Source: Camelus dromedarius (lineage: Eukaryota). From it: a stretch of DNA of 64,000 nt. The notes under the pieces are model-generated. The model saw nothing but the letters and a program-made list of their open reading frames with translations, was not told the DNA's origin and did no database searches. Below, one piece after another: positions 38,520-51,964 of the stretch. The stretch's first letter is position 1. Each line of letters begins with the position of its first letter. The stretch is from positions 62,250,001-62,314,000 of the forward strand of contig NC_087436.1 of the NCBI RefSeq assembly GCF_036321535.1. Reading direction: 5' to 3'. The position numbers and the translations under genes are program-made.

Positions 38520-39038
38520 TTGACATATTTAAAAGAGAAATGTCATATCAAAAAAGTCACTGACATTCTGTTTCTTCCAGTTATTATTAAAGTCAAAGAT
38601 AAATGGAAATATCATATTTTACCTACGTACTATAAATCAATAAATTGAATCATTTCCAGGTCATTAGGAAAAATTAATCATTAAGGGCTTTTTAAAGGAA
38701 AAATACAAGGAACTCCAACCCTTCTAACGAGTTAGTTTTCAGTGTTAATTAGCAAGACATCTAAAATTTATAGCAATTTTTTCAAATACATGTGAAAGAG
38801 AATTTCTTTGAGACAGCAGCTGAATTCCAATTTAAATTGCATTGAGAAGTTGTATAAACTAATGTTTCGGTGTCTAAAGAGTACCACATTTCTTCATGCA
38901 ATTTCAAATTGATATCTCATAAATAGTTTCTGAATAACTTTCATAAAGAATGTCATTAAACACCAATGTATGAATGTAAAAAGTGACCAAATTAAATAAG
39001 GTGATTGCAAGAATATCAAACATTGTGAGAAAGATATC
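38520..39038 (-). pseudogene. Fossil exon region with ASH-like motifs
   Basis: tttcttcccag|DIFL...HTLVFNDILYESYSETIYEISI*; later MIQFIDL*YVGKI*YFHLSLT. Confidence 0.5.
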
Positions 39039-39323
39039 CTGGGAAGAAATGGAGTGATAATAACAATTAATGTTCATTCTTTCCAAATGGCTTCTTTACT
39101 CAATAGTTGGGAAGGATGTTATTAAACAAATATATCTCATAAAATTTTGTTGTTCTTGGGTACAAACTAGCCTTACCTCCAAATTTTTTCCTACACAGAA
39201 GTTTTTTTATTTGTTTTGTTATTGCCACTTTCAAAGTTTTTGGCATCTATGGAATACTACCCCCCCCCCCCCAAATACCATCTACATGTTGGAGTTAAAC
39301 TGATAGTGAAGATACTTTATATA

Positions 39324-39370
39324 TGTGTGTGTGTGTGTGTGTGTACACGTGCACACACACACACACACAC
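39324..39370. repeat. (TG)n/(CA)n head-to-head microsatellite
   Basis: tgtgtgtgtgtgtgtgtgtgtacacgtgcacacacacacacacacac. Confidence 0.95.
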
Positions 39371-40639
39371 CCATATGCATATACATACTTATGTATGTCC
39401 ATGTGTAGTGTGGGCACATGTGCTTGTCTGCATGTGTATACATTTAAAGCAAGGAGGAATTTATTTTATGAAACTTATAAGGAATGACGGTTTTCACTGA
39501 ACACATAGAATTCTCACTCTCTAAATGTTGAGAACTATTAGAACCAATTTTGGATTCTGCGAGTAAACAGATTTTGTTTGATCGAAATTAATTATACAAA
39601 ATGAAGTTGGCTTTGGCTGGGCTTGCATCCTTTAGTTGGCTGCCATTGACACCACACCTTATTATGTTACCTTTTTTTGGACACTAAAGCTACTTGTCTG
39701 TCACTTGAAGAAATTTGATTTATGACTTCTGTTTTAAGCTTTAAAATAAAACAGAAGCAAATCATTTTTAAAAATTTGAAATAACTTTTCAGGAATATAA
39801 TGAAATGTTCAAACATTCTGCTTTAAGTAGCTAAATTATTTTTATAAAATTATGAGCAGAGAATCCAGATAAATGATAACTATGACATTATAATTATGTA
39901 ATACCTACTCTGTGAAGACAGTGCACATCAATAACTAACTATATATCATAGTATAATTTGCATTCAATCATTTATAGGATGATGTTAATTATCCCAGAAA
40001 ATCAGAGGTTAATAGATATGTACAGAATTGTGGCTTGTTTAAGTCTTATCTTAAAAAGGTGAAAATATGTAATATGTATACATAAGCCTGGAAATGGAAA
40101 AATAGAGATAATATCAAGAAAAATAAAGAAAAAAGACATCAACAATTTATAAAAATCAAAAATCACTATAATTATATGCAATTTATTTTATCCTAACTAG
40201 TAAAAACGAAATATACATTTTAAAAGCTTGCTTTATTTTGGCTCGTAGGATTTGCAACATTTATAGTCTTTCATTACAGAATATATATGAGAGTGTGACT
40301 TAGTAGGCAGTTTTATGTACTACTGACAGGGATGCAAAATGCTATAATCTTTCTAATGGCAGTTTTGTCACATGCCTAAAAATATTATATATGTGTATAT
40401 GTATATATATATGTCTTTAGACCCAGAATTTAACTTTTGAGAGTTTAACTTAAGGAAAGAATTAGGTACCAAGAAAGATGTGCAAGAATGTTCACCACAG
40501 TGTTATGTAAAGGGCCCCCAGTTGTCTTAAAAAGGCATAAATTGTGTGTTCGACAGCATTGAATGCTTTTCAGTCACTCAGATGAACAAAGTACTGAACA
40601 CTTACTATATTCTAGGTACTATTCTAAGAACTAGGTTTC

Positions 40640-41155
40640 TAACGTTTGGAAAAAAGTTATTAAAATAGCTAATCTGCTTATTTTCTCTGCCTATTAAGAA
40701 AGGAATGCCCCTGGGGAATGAAAGAAAGAAAGAAGTGACCCAATCGAATCTCCTTGTAAATATGTTAACAAAAAGATTCCCTAACAAATAGACTAATAAT
40801 ATTTGCTATGAATAGAATACTTGCATGGAATAATTTATCAAGATATCCTTGGATATGATTGCTTATGGTAAACCTAGAATCTACAAAATTTTCAGGCATG
40901 AATCTATAGAAAATGTCATGTTAGCTACAAAATTCTTTGGTGTACACAGTGGTGTCAAAAACAAGGAGCTCCCTGTGAGAAGTAACCCATGTACTTCACT
41001 TAGAGAACTCTTTACTCTGTGTTAGAGGAAGTGTGTCTCATGTGGGAATGAAGAACCAGGAGCCACCATTAAAGTCTCACAACTCTCTTTGATTTGTTTG
41101 TGACAGTTGATTTCTTGTACCCTTGATGCTAGGTGTTATCTTTGATTTATAATAT
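40640..41155 (-). pseudogene. Fossil exon with two ASH-like segments in one frame
   Basis: One frame, 5 stops in about 170 codons: ...SLSEVHGLLLTGSSLFLTPLCTPKNFVANMTFSIDSCLKIL*ILG...LLGNLFVNIFTRRFDWVTSFFLSFPRGIPFLIGRENKQISY. Confidence 0.62.
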
Positions 41156-41214
41156 CTGATTTAAAAATCTGTTCCTTTTGTGTTAGCTCAGCTTTCACCC
41201 TTTCGCTCTTTCAC

Positions 41215-42230
41215 TGGAGGGGCTTCTCAGAAAAGTTGACATCTGAGTAGTGATATGAATATTGAGAAAGAGGCCTTGGAAAGAGGGTGATAGAAGAGCC
41301 ACATGAAAATTTGGGGAAAAATATTTTAAACAGAAGTAAAGAAAACTTAAAGGTCTGATGCAGTGGTGTCTAACTTTTTGGTTACAATCTCCTTTCACTC
41401 TTAAAAATCATTAAGGACCTCAAAGAACTTTTGACTTTTGGGTCCCATCTATCACATTTTGGCATATTAGAAGTTTAAAACTGAGAATTAAAAACATATA
41501 TTAAACTATGTAAAGATAACAATAAACATACATGTTAACATAAATAACATTTTAATTGAATGAGATCTTCCAAAGCAAAATAATCATGAAGAAAAATGTG
41601 AGTGTAGTATTTTTTTTTCAAAATCCTTTGATCTCTGCCTAAGTAAAGGTGTCTAGATTCTTCTATCTGCTTTTGCCTTTAAACTGTGGGATATCACAGT
41701 TTATGTAGACTCTTAAAAATTCCACTGTGAAAAATTCTCACAAGTTGTGAGAGAATGAAATCTGCCAGGCATATAAAGACTTAGTATTATAGTAAAAATA
41801 GGTTTGACCCTGTGGACCTCTTGAGAGTGTTGTGGTGACTCCATGGGTACACAGACTATGATTCAAGAATTCATAATCCTGAAAATGAGTTTAGTGTATT
41901 TGAGATTGAGGTGACTGAACCAGATAATTGAGCTGAAGTAACACAAGAGGGTGAGGTGGGGTGTGGAGGAAGTGAGGCCAGTGATGTAGGCAGGAGCAGA
42001 TCATTTATGACCATGTGGATTATGGTAAGGAATTCAGATTCATTCTTGTTTCAACGGAAAACCACTGGGAGATTTTAAGGGGAGTGATTTTATTTGATTT
42101 ATATTTCAGAAAGTCAATGCTGGTAGGTCATGAGTAATTTAGGCTGGCGGGGCAGGGTGGGATGCACAATGGAAAAGAGTTATTAGCTAGGAGACTTTTT
42201 CAGTTGTAAGCAAAAGTAATGGTGGCTAAA
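41215..42230 (-). mobile_element. LINE-2 fragment split by a Charlie element
   Basis: ggcttctcagaaaagttgacatctgag before the insertion; gtaggcaggagcagatcattta...ggaaaaccactgggagattttaag after it. Confidence 0.7.
41360..41872 (+). mobile_element. hAT-Charlie DNA transposon (Charlie4a-like)
   Basis: cagtggtgtctaactttttgg...cactcttaaaaatcattaaggacctcaaagaacttttg ... tttgaccctgtggacc...gactatgattcaagaat. Confidence 0.8.
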
Positions 42231-43779
42231 GATAACAGGTAACAATTGTTGGACTGGTCACACCACCATTATATGGAAGCAGCACAACCTTCTTTGGGGA
42301 GATTTATCTCTTCTGCTTAAATCACACTTACCTGATGGACAATACCAGTTGTAATAGGGCTGTGAAATTGCTATGGGAATGGTAACCTCTTTATACATGA
42401 AACATAGTAAAAAAATAAATACAAAACACAAAGTAACTCAGAGAAGACTTGGAAAGAAAATACTGGAAAGCAGTCACACATCAAATTTTTAATCTCATTA
42501 TACCTGAGAAACTGCTTTGCACACTGATATTTTTTTAGGATTTGATTGCATGAATAAGTTCCTGTTCTCTCTCTTAGCGTCTTTCAGGTGAGTGGTTGTC
42601 ACATTCAAACAAAAGAATCTTGATTTATACATGGAATTTTTCTGTAATGATTAGTTATATTAATTATATTAATCATTATAGAGAGGTACACAATATTATG
42701 TCAAATTAATAATCTGGATTGCAGAATTGCATAAATTATTATTTCATGTTTATTATTAAGAAAGAAGAGACAAAGTTTGTCAGTGTTTTTACAAACAATG
42801 ATAGCAGTAATTACCTTTGAATGGTAAGATTACTCTTGTTTATTTTTCTCATAATTTCCTGAAACTTTTAAACAGTAGAGTAGTACTTTTATCGTCACTG
42901 TGAAAATTTTAAACATTATTAAATATTAAATATAACATAATTTGGCCTTAAATTAAATAAGAACCTTTTTATAAAGTGGGATATCTCTGCCATAAAATTC
43001 AGGTCTTATACATTAACAACATCTAACTTAAAACAAATGTCCAAATAAATGTCTACATTTCAAAACAACAGATATATCCTACAAGATAACCTTGTCATCA
43101 GTGAAGAACACAATTAACATATATTTTTATAGTCCATCTTATTTTTATTATTTTAAAAAATCCTTTAGAAGGAGTCTAAATGTATTTAACAACTACAAAA
43201 AAAAAGGTATTAGACTTATTTTTTGAACTTGAATCTCAAATCTATGGAATTATTATGCTGAAAGGTTAGGAAATCCACATTGAGTTATGAATAAACTAAA
43301 ATATACTCAATTGTTCATAACTATTAAATTCACAATCAGTACACAGTCCAGTAAGCTTTTTGAGTTATTCTACCTACATTTTGCTCTGAGCTGTGTGTTA
43401 ATAGTTTCAGGCAAATTATGAATGCTCCATTAGAGAATATAACAAAGACTGGACTATAGATAACTAAGCTTTGTTAAACAGAAATGACTTGTTACATAAA
43501 GTGTCCTTGAGGTTCAGTTTTATATATAACTTCTTGTATCTGCAATGTTTCTGAGCATTTTCACTTAGGGCTAGACCAAGTGAAACATTTACTTTTCCAC
43601 TTTACAGTCAGAATATTACAACATTTTCAAATGCTTATACTTGCTACTTTAGTTTCATTTGGAAATGTACTTTTAATTTTAATAAGATGCAGTTCTGATA
43701 ATGTGATATGTAATATAATCAAGTGCCACTTTACTTCTAAATACCTATTATTATGTTTGTATTATAGTTAGTACATTTC

Positions 43780-44312
43780 TAGTTGAATCTTTCAAATACA
43801 AGAGATCATGTTATGTACATTATAAACATAAAGATGAACTTTTCTGAAACTTTCTAGGACAAATTGAAAACCCATATACACAAAATACACCATTCACCAG
43901 CTCTCCGTGGAAAGCCAGTAGGTGGAGACATGTCAATTTCTTATGTTTGTAGTCACCAGTTTGAAGTAGTTTTCTAGCTTAGCTACTTTTGAATGAGCAT
44001 AGGCATTTTGGTTGTATTTTTCAATCAGACAAAATTACAACCTGGCTTTTAATCTAGAATCTCTCTAGCTGTGGCTCATAACTCATTGTTACCCTTGTGA
44101 TTTTATTTAACTGTGGTAAATATGATTTCAGCCTCAAACAAACTAGACGTTTTCAAAAGAACCATGTATGAAAGGCCTCTGCCAGAAACCTGTTAAATAC
44201 CCTTTCCTGTAACTGGATTTCAAACTTGTTTTTACAGAAACAATGCTGCATCATGAGGGCAAGTTTATTTTCAATTAATAATTTGTTTTGATACAGTACC
44301 TTTATCTGAGTC
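43780..44312 (-). pseudogene. Fossil exon with ASH-like motifs
   Basis: ttgcatag|G TQIKVLYQNKLLIENKL...; KPGCNFV*LKNTTKMPMLIQK*...EIDMSPPTGFPRRAGEWCILCIWVF. Confidence 0.62.
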
Positions 44313-44376
44313 CTATGCAAATTTGTATAATCTCCAAAAATTATAAACCATAATAACCAATGATTTTATATTACAC

Positions 44377-44445
44377 CTGCCTCTTCAACGTCAAGGCTCC
44401 AGAGAAAAGGCACATGATAAGAATCATCTTGTCTGTTAAGGGATA
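44377..44445 (-). pseudogene. Fossil exon candidate (69 nt, open, phase 1-1)
   Basis: gtttttcag|TA SLNRQDDSYHVPFLWSLDVEEA G|gtgtaa. Confidence 0.5.
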
Positions 44446-44524
44446 CTGAAAAACTGCATGTATTATCGTTGAAACATTATCAATAAGAAAAGACTGTTAG
44501 TGGGAGTATTATAAATGTGTTTAC

Positions 44525-44665
44525 CCTTTGGCCTAGTAAATTTCCTCCTAAAAGGCAATAATACTTTTACCATGATATTTGTTATACCATTGTTAGTGAT
44601 AAAACTGTTAGAATGACCCAACTGTGTATCAGGAAAAGTGGCATGTACAATCCAACCATACATCG
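44525..44665 (-). pseudogene. Fossil exon candidate, ASH-like N-terminal motif
   Basis: ORF-track frame YGWIVHATFPDTQLGHSNSFITNNGITNIMVKV...RPK G|gtaaac. Confidence 0.55.
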
Positions 44666-45181
44666 ATAAAAGGTTGTATAAACAATTAATAGCATAAAAT
44701 GAAGGCTTGAAGAGGGAAAGGAATCTCTACTGTGCGGCAAGCACTGTACTATATGGTCATTAATAAGTCATACAGTCAAGTGTGGGAGATAGACATTAAT
44801 TGAAACCATCAACTACTCACCCATGTAATTATACACTGTGAAATGTTTATCAAGGGGAAGTACAGGGAGATATATACACCTAAAATCTAAATTGCAAAGT
44901 AGTATGTATAGCATTACTGATAGAACACTTATAAGTGATAATTATCAGTATGTGTATAAAATCTAAAACAGCAATTGTTTGGGAGAGAAGATATGAGAAG
45001 ATGGTTAGTTTTTGAATGGTCTGCACTTTTTTTCACTTTGTCAAAACAATTCAGTTGTAGAAAAAAGTTAATTGTACAAAAATATTGAATTACATTAGTT
45101 GAAATGAATTTATAAATTTTAAAAAATTCAACATGTAATTAAGAAAATAATTTAAATTATTTAAAATCAATATTTGTAAAC

Positions 45182-45376
45182 CCATTGTTTTCTTTATTTT
45201 AAAGCAGTTATTTGCAAGTTCAGTAACACTTGAACAGAAATCCTTCTCAGTGATTTGCAGCTGCACTGTGTCAGTGGAAATTAGACTGATCTGCTTGTTT
45301 TCCTCAACATGGTAAACTTCCATAAATAGAGGAAAACATAGGAGTTGGTGACTTGCCTGAGGACAAGAGTTAATTC
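45182..45376 (-). pseudogene. Fossil exon candidate, open frame
   Basis: Strong acceptor tttttctgcttttccag|GA; INSCPQASHQLLCFPLFMEVYHVEENKQISLISTDTVQLQITEKDFCSSVTELANNCFKIKKTM. Donor weak. Confidence 0.5.
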
Positions 45377-45409
45377 CTGGAAAAGCAGAAAAATGTTCTG
45401 TTTTTAGAC

Positions 45410-45578
45410 CAGGGGACAGCAAAACAGGGCCTTGTAGGCCAAATTCAGCCCACAGCTTGTTTTTTAGGGGCTTCAAACTAAAAAAGAATGTTACATTTTA
45501 AATTTTGGGGAAAAAAATATTTTACATGTAAAAGCTTTATAAAATTTAAATTTCAGTGGCCATAAATACATGTTTCAA
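45410..45578 (+). mobile_element. hAT-Charlie MER58B-like fragment
   Basis: caggggacagcaaaacagggccttgtaggccaaattcagcccacagcttgttttt...aaatttcagtggccataaata. Confidence 0.8.
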
Positions 45579-46129
45579 TGAGGTGGCATTTAGTAAATTC
45601 ACAATTTTCTGCAATCACGACCTTTCAAAACATTTCTATCAATCCAAATAACACTCTGTCCCCATCCACCTCCCTCATACTCTGACAATCACTAATCCGC
45701 TTTACAGCAGATTGGTGATTATTTATAATCATAAATAGTAACTTATTAATGTAAACTATACTCAGGCATATTAATATGAATTAAGGTCAATATATCTATA
45801 TTGATATTTACATTGATATACATACAGATCAAACACACAAGTACACTAATATTATTTTAAAAGTCTGGCATTATTTCAAGTTTAAATCTACTGCTGTTCT
45901 TTCATTAAAAAATCATTTACCACTTGTTCCCCAAACTTCTCATTAGCATGAATCTTTCTTTAGGGATGAAGTCATTTAGTTTTGCTTTTCAATATGTATT
46001 TAATAAGCACATCATATATTTGTGGTTTTTCAGTTAGTGTGAAAATAAAATTGAAAGTAACACAGTCATGGTCGCTGCTTAGTGAGTTCAATTCTAATTG
46101 ATCGGAATTAATTAGAGGCTATAAATCAC

Positions 46130-46270
46130 ATGTATTTTCCAGAGAAGATATGAATTGATGATCTCGCCCATTCAGTTTTCCTTCAGGATAGCATAGAAGA
46201 ATAGCATGGAATTATAAACAACTACTTGGTCAGTGAAGGTTACTCAAGATGAGTATATCACAGATGCAAA
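46130..46270 (-). pseudogene. Possible fossil exon
   Basis: CICDILILSNLH*...LLCYPEGKLNGRDHQFI, weakly ASH-like. Confidence 0.35.
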
Positions 46271-46994
46271 CTATGTACCAGAAAATGGTAAACGGGACCC
46301 ATGAGGAAATTTGTATTCAAAATTCAAAACACATTGTCAAAAAAAAGGCATGGGTGCAAGTTTGTGAGCTCAAAATAACAATTTTGAATTATATTCCAAG
46401 GTTGAATTATATTCCAGAATGTTCCCATTTGAGCACAGATGATGCTAGAAATTCATAGCTGCCAACACTAGGGTTTAATATCCATTCTTGGTGAAGTCAA
46501 TTACATAATATACTCATGATACCAGTGCTATTAAAGTAAATGTATACTTACTTGATTAAAGTTCAAAATAGACCACCAGATACTGTCCATGATTACCTCG
46601 TATTACATACAGAGTTTAGCAAGCCTGCAATGTAGCTAATAGGTAATACAGAATATGCTTTTAGAGTTTTATTTTATATATATGACCAATGGCATAACCC
46701 TTAGAGTTTTTTTTATTGTTCTTGTTCTTGTTGTCAGTGAAGATATTGGAATGTAGGTCAGATCTTTCATCCTGTTCTTGGAATCAGTAACAAAAAGGCC
46801 TAGTGGACAGCAGGGATGCTGCTGTGATCTTTTTCTTCCTGATATTGGAGAGGGTAACATTCCAAACTGGTCAGTTCCTTGGTCTGTTATTGAGTAAAAT
46901 GAAGTTGAGCCAGCCCAATTATACCTCTATTTCTAGTTTACTTCGACATTTTTGTTTTGGCATTTTAAAAAATTTATTCAGGTTTGCTATAAAT

Positions 46995-48335
46995 GTATTT
47001 TTAATTTTTTCTGCTGTGTTGACATATAATTGACATATACCATTGTGTAACTTTAAGAAGCACAATGTGGTGATTTGATACACGTATCTATTGTGAAATG
47101 ATTACCAGAGTAAGGTTCATTCTACCTCCATTACCTCACATAATTACATTGTGTGTGTGTGTGTGTGTGGTGAGAATATTTAATATGTACTCTTAATTTA
47201 CTATCATTATACTATACTATTGTTTTATATAATATATTATTGTTAACTACAGTCACCGTACTGTACACTAGATCCCCAGAACTCATTTTTCTTAAAACTG
47301 GTTGTTTGTACCTTTTGACCAACACTTCCTCATTTCCCCCACCCTTTTAGCCCCTGGCAACCACCTTTCTGTTTCTATGAGTTAGGCTTTTTAGATATCA
47401 CGTACAAGTTAGATTATACAGGATTTGGCTTTCTCTGTCTTACTTATTTCACTTAGCATAACGCCCTCAGGATCCATCCATGTTACAAATGACAGGATAT
47501 CCTTCTTTCTCATGACTGAAAAATATTTCATTAAATATATATATCACATCTTCTTTGTCCATTCATCTGTAGAAGATCACTTAAGTTGCTTTTATATGTT
47601 AGGTACTGTGAATGATTTTGCAATGAATCATTGGGGTGTGATTTCATTTCTTTTGGACATAAACTAAGGTGTGGGACTGCTGGATCAAATGGCAGTTCTA
47701 TTTTGAATTTTTGAGGAATCTTCATACTGTTTTCTGTAGTAGTTATACCAATTTACATTCCCCAACAGTGCACAAGATTTTCTTTTCTCCACATCCTACC
47801 CAACATTTTTTTAATGGAGGTACTGGGGATTGAACGCAGGACCTACTGCATGTTAAGCATGCACTCTACCACTGAGCTATACCCTTCCCCCAAACATTTG
47901 TTTTCTGTTGTCTTTTTGATGATAGCCATTTTATCAGATGTGAAGTCATATCTTAATGTAATATTGATTTGCATTTCTCTGATGATTGGTGAGGTTGGAC
48001 AACTTTTCATATATCTGTTGGCTGTTTCTATGTCTTTGGAAAAATGTCTGTTCAGGACCTCTGCCTATTTTATTTGGGTTATTTGAAATTGGGGGGTTTT
48101 GATGGTTTGTTTGTTTTGTTATTGAGTTCTGAGTTCCTTATGTATTTTCAGTTGTAAGACCTTATCAGATACTTGGTTTGCAGATATTATTTCCCATTGC
48201 CTTTTAAATTTGTTGATTGGTTCTTTTGTTGTGCAGAAGCCTTTTGGTTTAATGTATTCCTTGTCTGTTTCTCCTTTTGTTGCTGGTGCTTTTAGCATCA
48301 TATCCAAAAAAATACTGCCAAGACCAATGTCAATT
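46995..48335 (-). mobile_element. LINE-1 3' end and ORF2 C-terminus, with a SINE insertion
   Basis: gacatataattgacatatac 3' end; ORFs 47531-47725 and 48119-48307 resemble the ORF2 C-terminus. Confidence 0.92.
47806..47890 (-). mobile_element. tRNA-Ala-derived SINE (vic-1-like)
   Basis: Minus: ggggaagggtatagctcagtggtagagtgcatgcttaacatgcagtaggtcctgcgttcaatccccagtacctcca plus A tail; flanked by aacattt repeats. Confidence 0.9.
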
Positions 48336-48389
48336 TTATTTTTTATTTCACTTTACTGAAGGCCTCTGTGCCCTTCTTATACTTCTCTC

Positions 48390-50030
48390 TGGAGTCTTTC
48401 AAGATTTCCTCCTCCTCCTTTTTTATGCTTATTTAATATGATATACTTAGTTATAGGGTTGTTTTTTGTTTGTTTTGGTTTTGGTTTTGGTTTTGGTTTT
48501 GATTTTGGTATTTATCCTACTTGGTGTTCTCTGAGCTTTCTGAATCTGAAGTTCAGAATCTGCAATTAATTTTGGAAAAAAATTTTAGCCGCTATTACTT
48601 CAAATATTTCTTCTGCTCTGTTCCCTCTTTCTTATTTCTCTAGTACTGTGAATATACATATGTTATACCAGTTGAAATTGTTTCACGATTCTTGGATGTT
48701 CTGGCCTTTTTTTTTTTTTTTTTTAATCTTTGCATTTTTATCAAAGAAATTTCTACTGACTGATCTTCAAGCTCATTTCCTATTTCCTTGGCCTGTCTGG
48801 TCTACTAAAGGGCCCATCAAAAGCATTTTTTACTTTTGTTCTAGTTTTTAAAATAATTTCTAGCATCTTCTTCTAATTCCTTTTAAAGTTTACCCTGCTT
48901 ATTTTACCCATATGTTCCTACATGTTGTCTGCTTTTAAAATATGTCTTTAACATATAAATAATAGTTATTTATTTTAAGTTCTCTGTCTGATAATTCCAA
49001 AATGTGGTCATAGCTGTCTGATTCTGATACTTACTTTTTCTCTTGAGGCTGCGGTTTTTACTTGCATTTTAGCATGGCTTGTGATTTTTTTCTTGAAAAG
49101 CAAACATGGTGCATCAGGTAGTAGGAACTGAGTAAATAGGCCTTTAGTGTGAGGTTTTACATTAACCTAGCTACAGAGCTGGAAAGTGTGCAATGTTTTG
49201 TAGCACAGGTGTCAGAGATTTCAAATTTCACTTGTGTTCTTGTTTTTGTCTCCTCTGTTGCTATTGGACTTTCCTACGAACTTTTCCTCTAGTAGATTTT
49301 GAATCTTGCAGTCCTTTCAGCTGTAATCCCTCTTATTATTCTGGATCCCTGTTGTGGTGGTAAAGAATGGAGGAGGGAAAGGTCCTATAAGCTAAATCTC
49401 AGACATTTAGTAGGCCCCTGTCCTTGAGTTGTGATATTCATAGATCTTTCTTACCTCTTCTTCCTCTTTACATGAGATAGGAAGGCTAGAGGGTTCTGGA
49501 CTTGGAGGAATTCCCTTCTCTCAGCTGACAGAAGGCTCTGTTAAAGTCTTTTCTCCCTGGATAGTAGGTTTTTGCTATGAAGGACATTCTGTACATATTT
49601 TGCTTTTACTTTTTTCCATCCTCTGCCATACTCATGAGAGCATCTTTCTTGTCTCTTAAGCATGAGATTGTAGTAGGGTTCTTAGAAATAAAAACCTATG
49701 AAGGGGTGTTCCCCCTGCAAATACTGCCATCTGAGTTTCTTCACTCTCAAGCTAGTCCACACCTACCCTCCAGCTTAATCAGAACTACCATTTAAATGCT
49801 CCTACCAGTTTATGGTTCAGTGGCTTTTACTCAAGGTAAGCAGATTGTGGCTGTGACTCTAAACTCATTTGTCTCTCCAGATTGAAGGATGAGGATTTCC
49901 CCTGAATACTCCATTCTCTGATGACCCCAAAGAAAGTTACTGATGCTCAGTTTGTTCAGCTTTTTTCTTACTGTAAGGTTGGTGATAACTGCTTAAAGCT
50001 TCTTTCAAATTAGAGCTGGAATAGGCAGTC
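48390..50030 (-). mobile_element. Old LINE-1 ORF1/5' region
   Basis: ttggtgttctctgagctttctgaatctg...ttttagccgctattacttcaaatatttcttctgctc is typical antisense L1M ORF1. Confidence 0.75.
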
Positions 50031-50099
50031 TGTCTATTATACTTTCTATGACATGTCTTTGTAATGAATATTCTGATAAAGGAAATTTTAAATTTTTTT

Positions 50100-50297
50100 T
50101 ATCTTATCCTGCCCTTGGACATTGGTGTTCCTGGTTCTCAGGTTTTTGGACTAAGACAAAGACTTACACCATTATCCCCTCCAATTCCCAGACTGATTTA
50201 CACCATCAGTTTTCCTGGTTCTCTAGCTTTCAAACTGTGGATTGTGGGACTTCTTGACCCTATGAACCAATCGCTTTAATAAATCTCCTCTTATGTA
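50100..50297 (+). mobile_element. MLT2-like (ERVL) LTR fragment
   Basis: tcctgcccttggacattgg...cctggttctcagg...gtgggacttcttg...ttaataaatctc. Confidence 0.75.
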
Positions 50298-51964
50298 AAA
50301 AAAAAAAAGAAATTTTAGAATACCTAGAATTTTAGGTATGCACAAAAAATGATAAACCCTACATAATGCTAGTTTTACTGCTACAGTGGTTTGTCAATGT
50401 CATGATAATATACAAAATTACTTTTTCATTTACTGATTACTCTTTTAATATACAGCATATGCTAGAGTCACTGATAACATGCACACATGCAGTACATTCT
50501 CGTTAACATTATTGTGCCATGTGGATTATGCATTCTGCAGCTGTTACTTGTGCCTTGCATTGTATTTTTATTCTATCATGCAAATTTATTTTGAGCTATT
50601 ATAATGTTGATAGCAACATGAACAAGAAACAAGATCACACAACTAAAATAACAATAATAAAACACAAAATATTAATGAAAGAAACATTGCAAGTTGCTAC
50701 AATAAGAATAGCTGAGGCAGTGGGTACTATAATCCAGGAGAAAGATTAAGGAGCTATTGAGGCTTAATAGAAAAGATTATAGTTAATAAAAATCTTAAAG
50801 AACAAAATAGATGGAAAAGACAGGTGAGATAGAATTACATTCTTTTACAGATTTTGACAGCAGAGGAGATACTCCAACAGCTTTGGTAAGAAGTACAAAA
50901 AGAATATTCCAACTTGTTAAATCTCATGTTACTTATTTCTTGGTATAGTGTAATTATTTTTTTAAGCAAAATTAGCATGGCAAATATGAAGCAGTAGATG
51001 TAAGGGATATTTGGAGAAATATACCTCTTGCTTTTTGTCTCTAAAAGGTGTGTTTCTGCAAATATTCCATGTATCTACTGATTCACATACATCCTGCTGA
51101 TCTTTGCTGAAACAGATTTATTGTTCTCAATAGGATTTGACAACAAGAAGAGAGCAGAGATAATAATTTGAGAGCTGTGTAAATGGTAGAATCTACAGTA
51201 CATAAACAATTATTTAAGAGTATTAAACATGCAATAGGAACAAAAATGCATAGATAACTAAAATGAACTAAAACTGGATATCCTTTCAATGTTAAAAATT
51301 TGCTTACTGTAAGATTAGATAAAAACAATTAAGTGTTATAGTGTTTTATATCATACACATATTAACCTGGAATTATGTGCCCATTAATTAGTCTGGACAA
51401 GAGAGTTTTCGTTAACAGGTTTATAATGCCTATCTTTTTACTTAATAACTATTTTTACTATTTGAACATATTTTTGTGATATTCCCTGAGGTTATGTTTA
51501 CATATAATTAAATTACTGGTTGCATTTGACTAATAAAGAAGATTGTGGTGATATAATCAAAATATTTATTTAATATAAGTAAGAAATAGTATATGTAATA
51601 TAATCAAAATATTTATTTACAGCTATAATCCATTTAAACTTGCAACTTTTGTTTATGTTACAACCCTTCTATCAAACTTGTACTTCCTCAGTATACAACT
51701 AATTCTCCTTTTAGACTTTAATGTTTTCTAACAATGGCAATAGCTTTTGATTTGCACTCTTACAAGTTATTATGAATATTAAATTAAAAGAGGTAATAAA
51801 GAAGCATTTTTAATTCAAAACGAATTTTTATATTTTATAAATATTACCATTAGAGTAGAAAAATATGGAAATAAAGTATAGGTTTATAGAATAATGAAAA
51901 CTTACAGAGTTCCATTTTTTGAACCTTTGTTTTATATTTTTTATATCCAAATTTATCTTTTAAT

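Noticed and set aside
46143..46287. Plus-strand exon (ttttccag...AATG|gtaaac)
   Set aside because: The plus frames I translated contain stops, there are no partner plus-strand exons, and the minus-strand reading fits the locus better.
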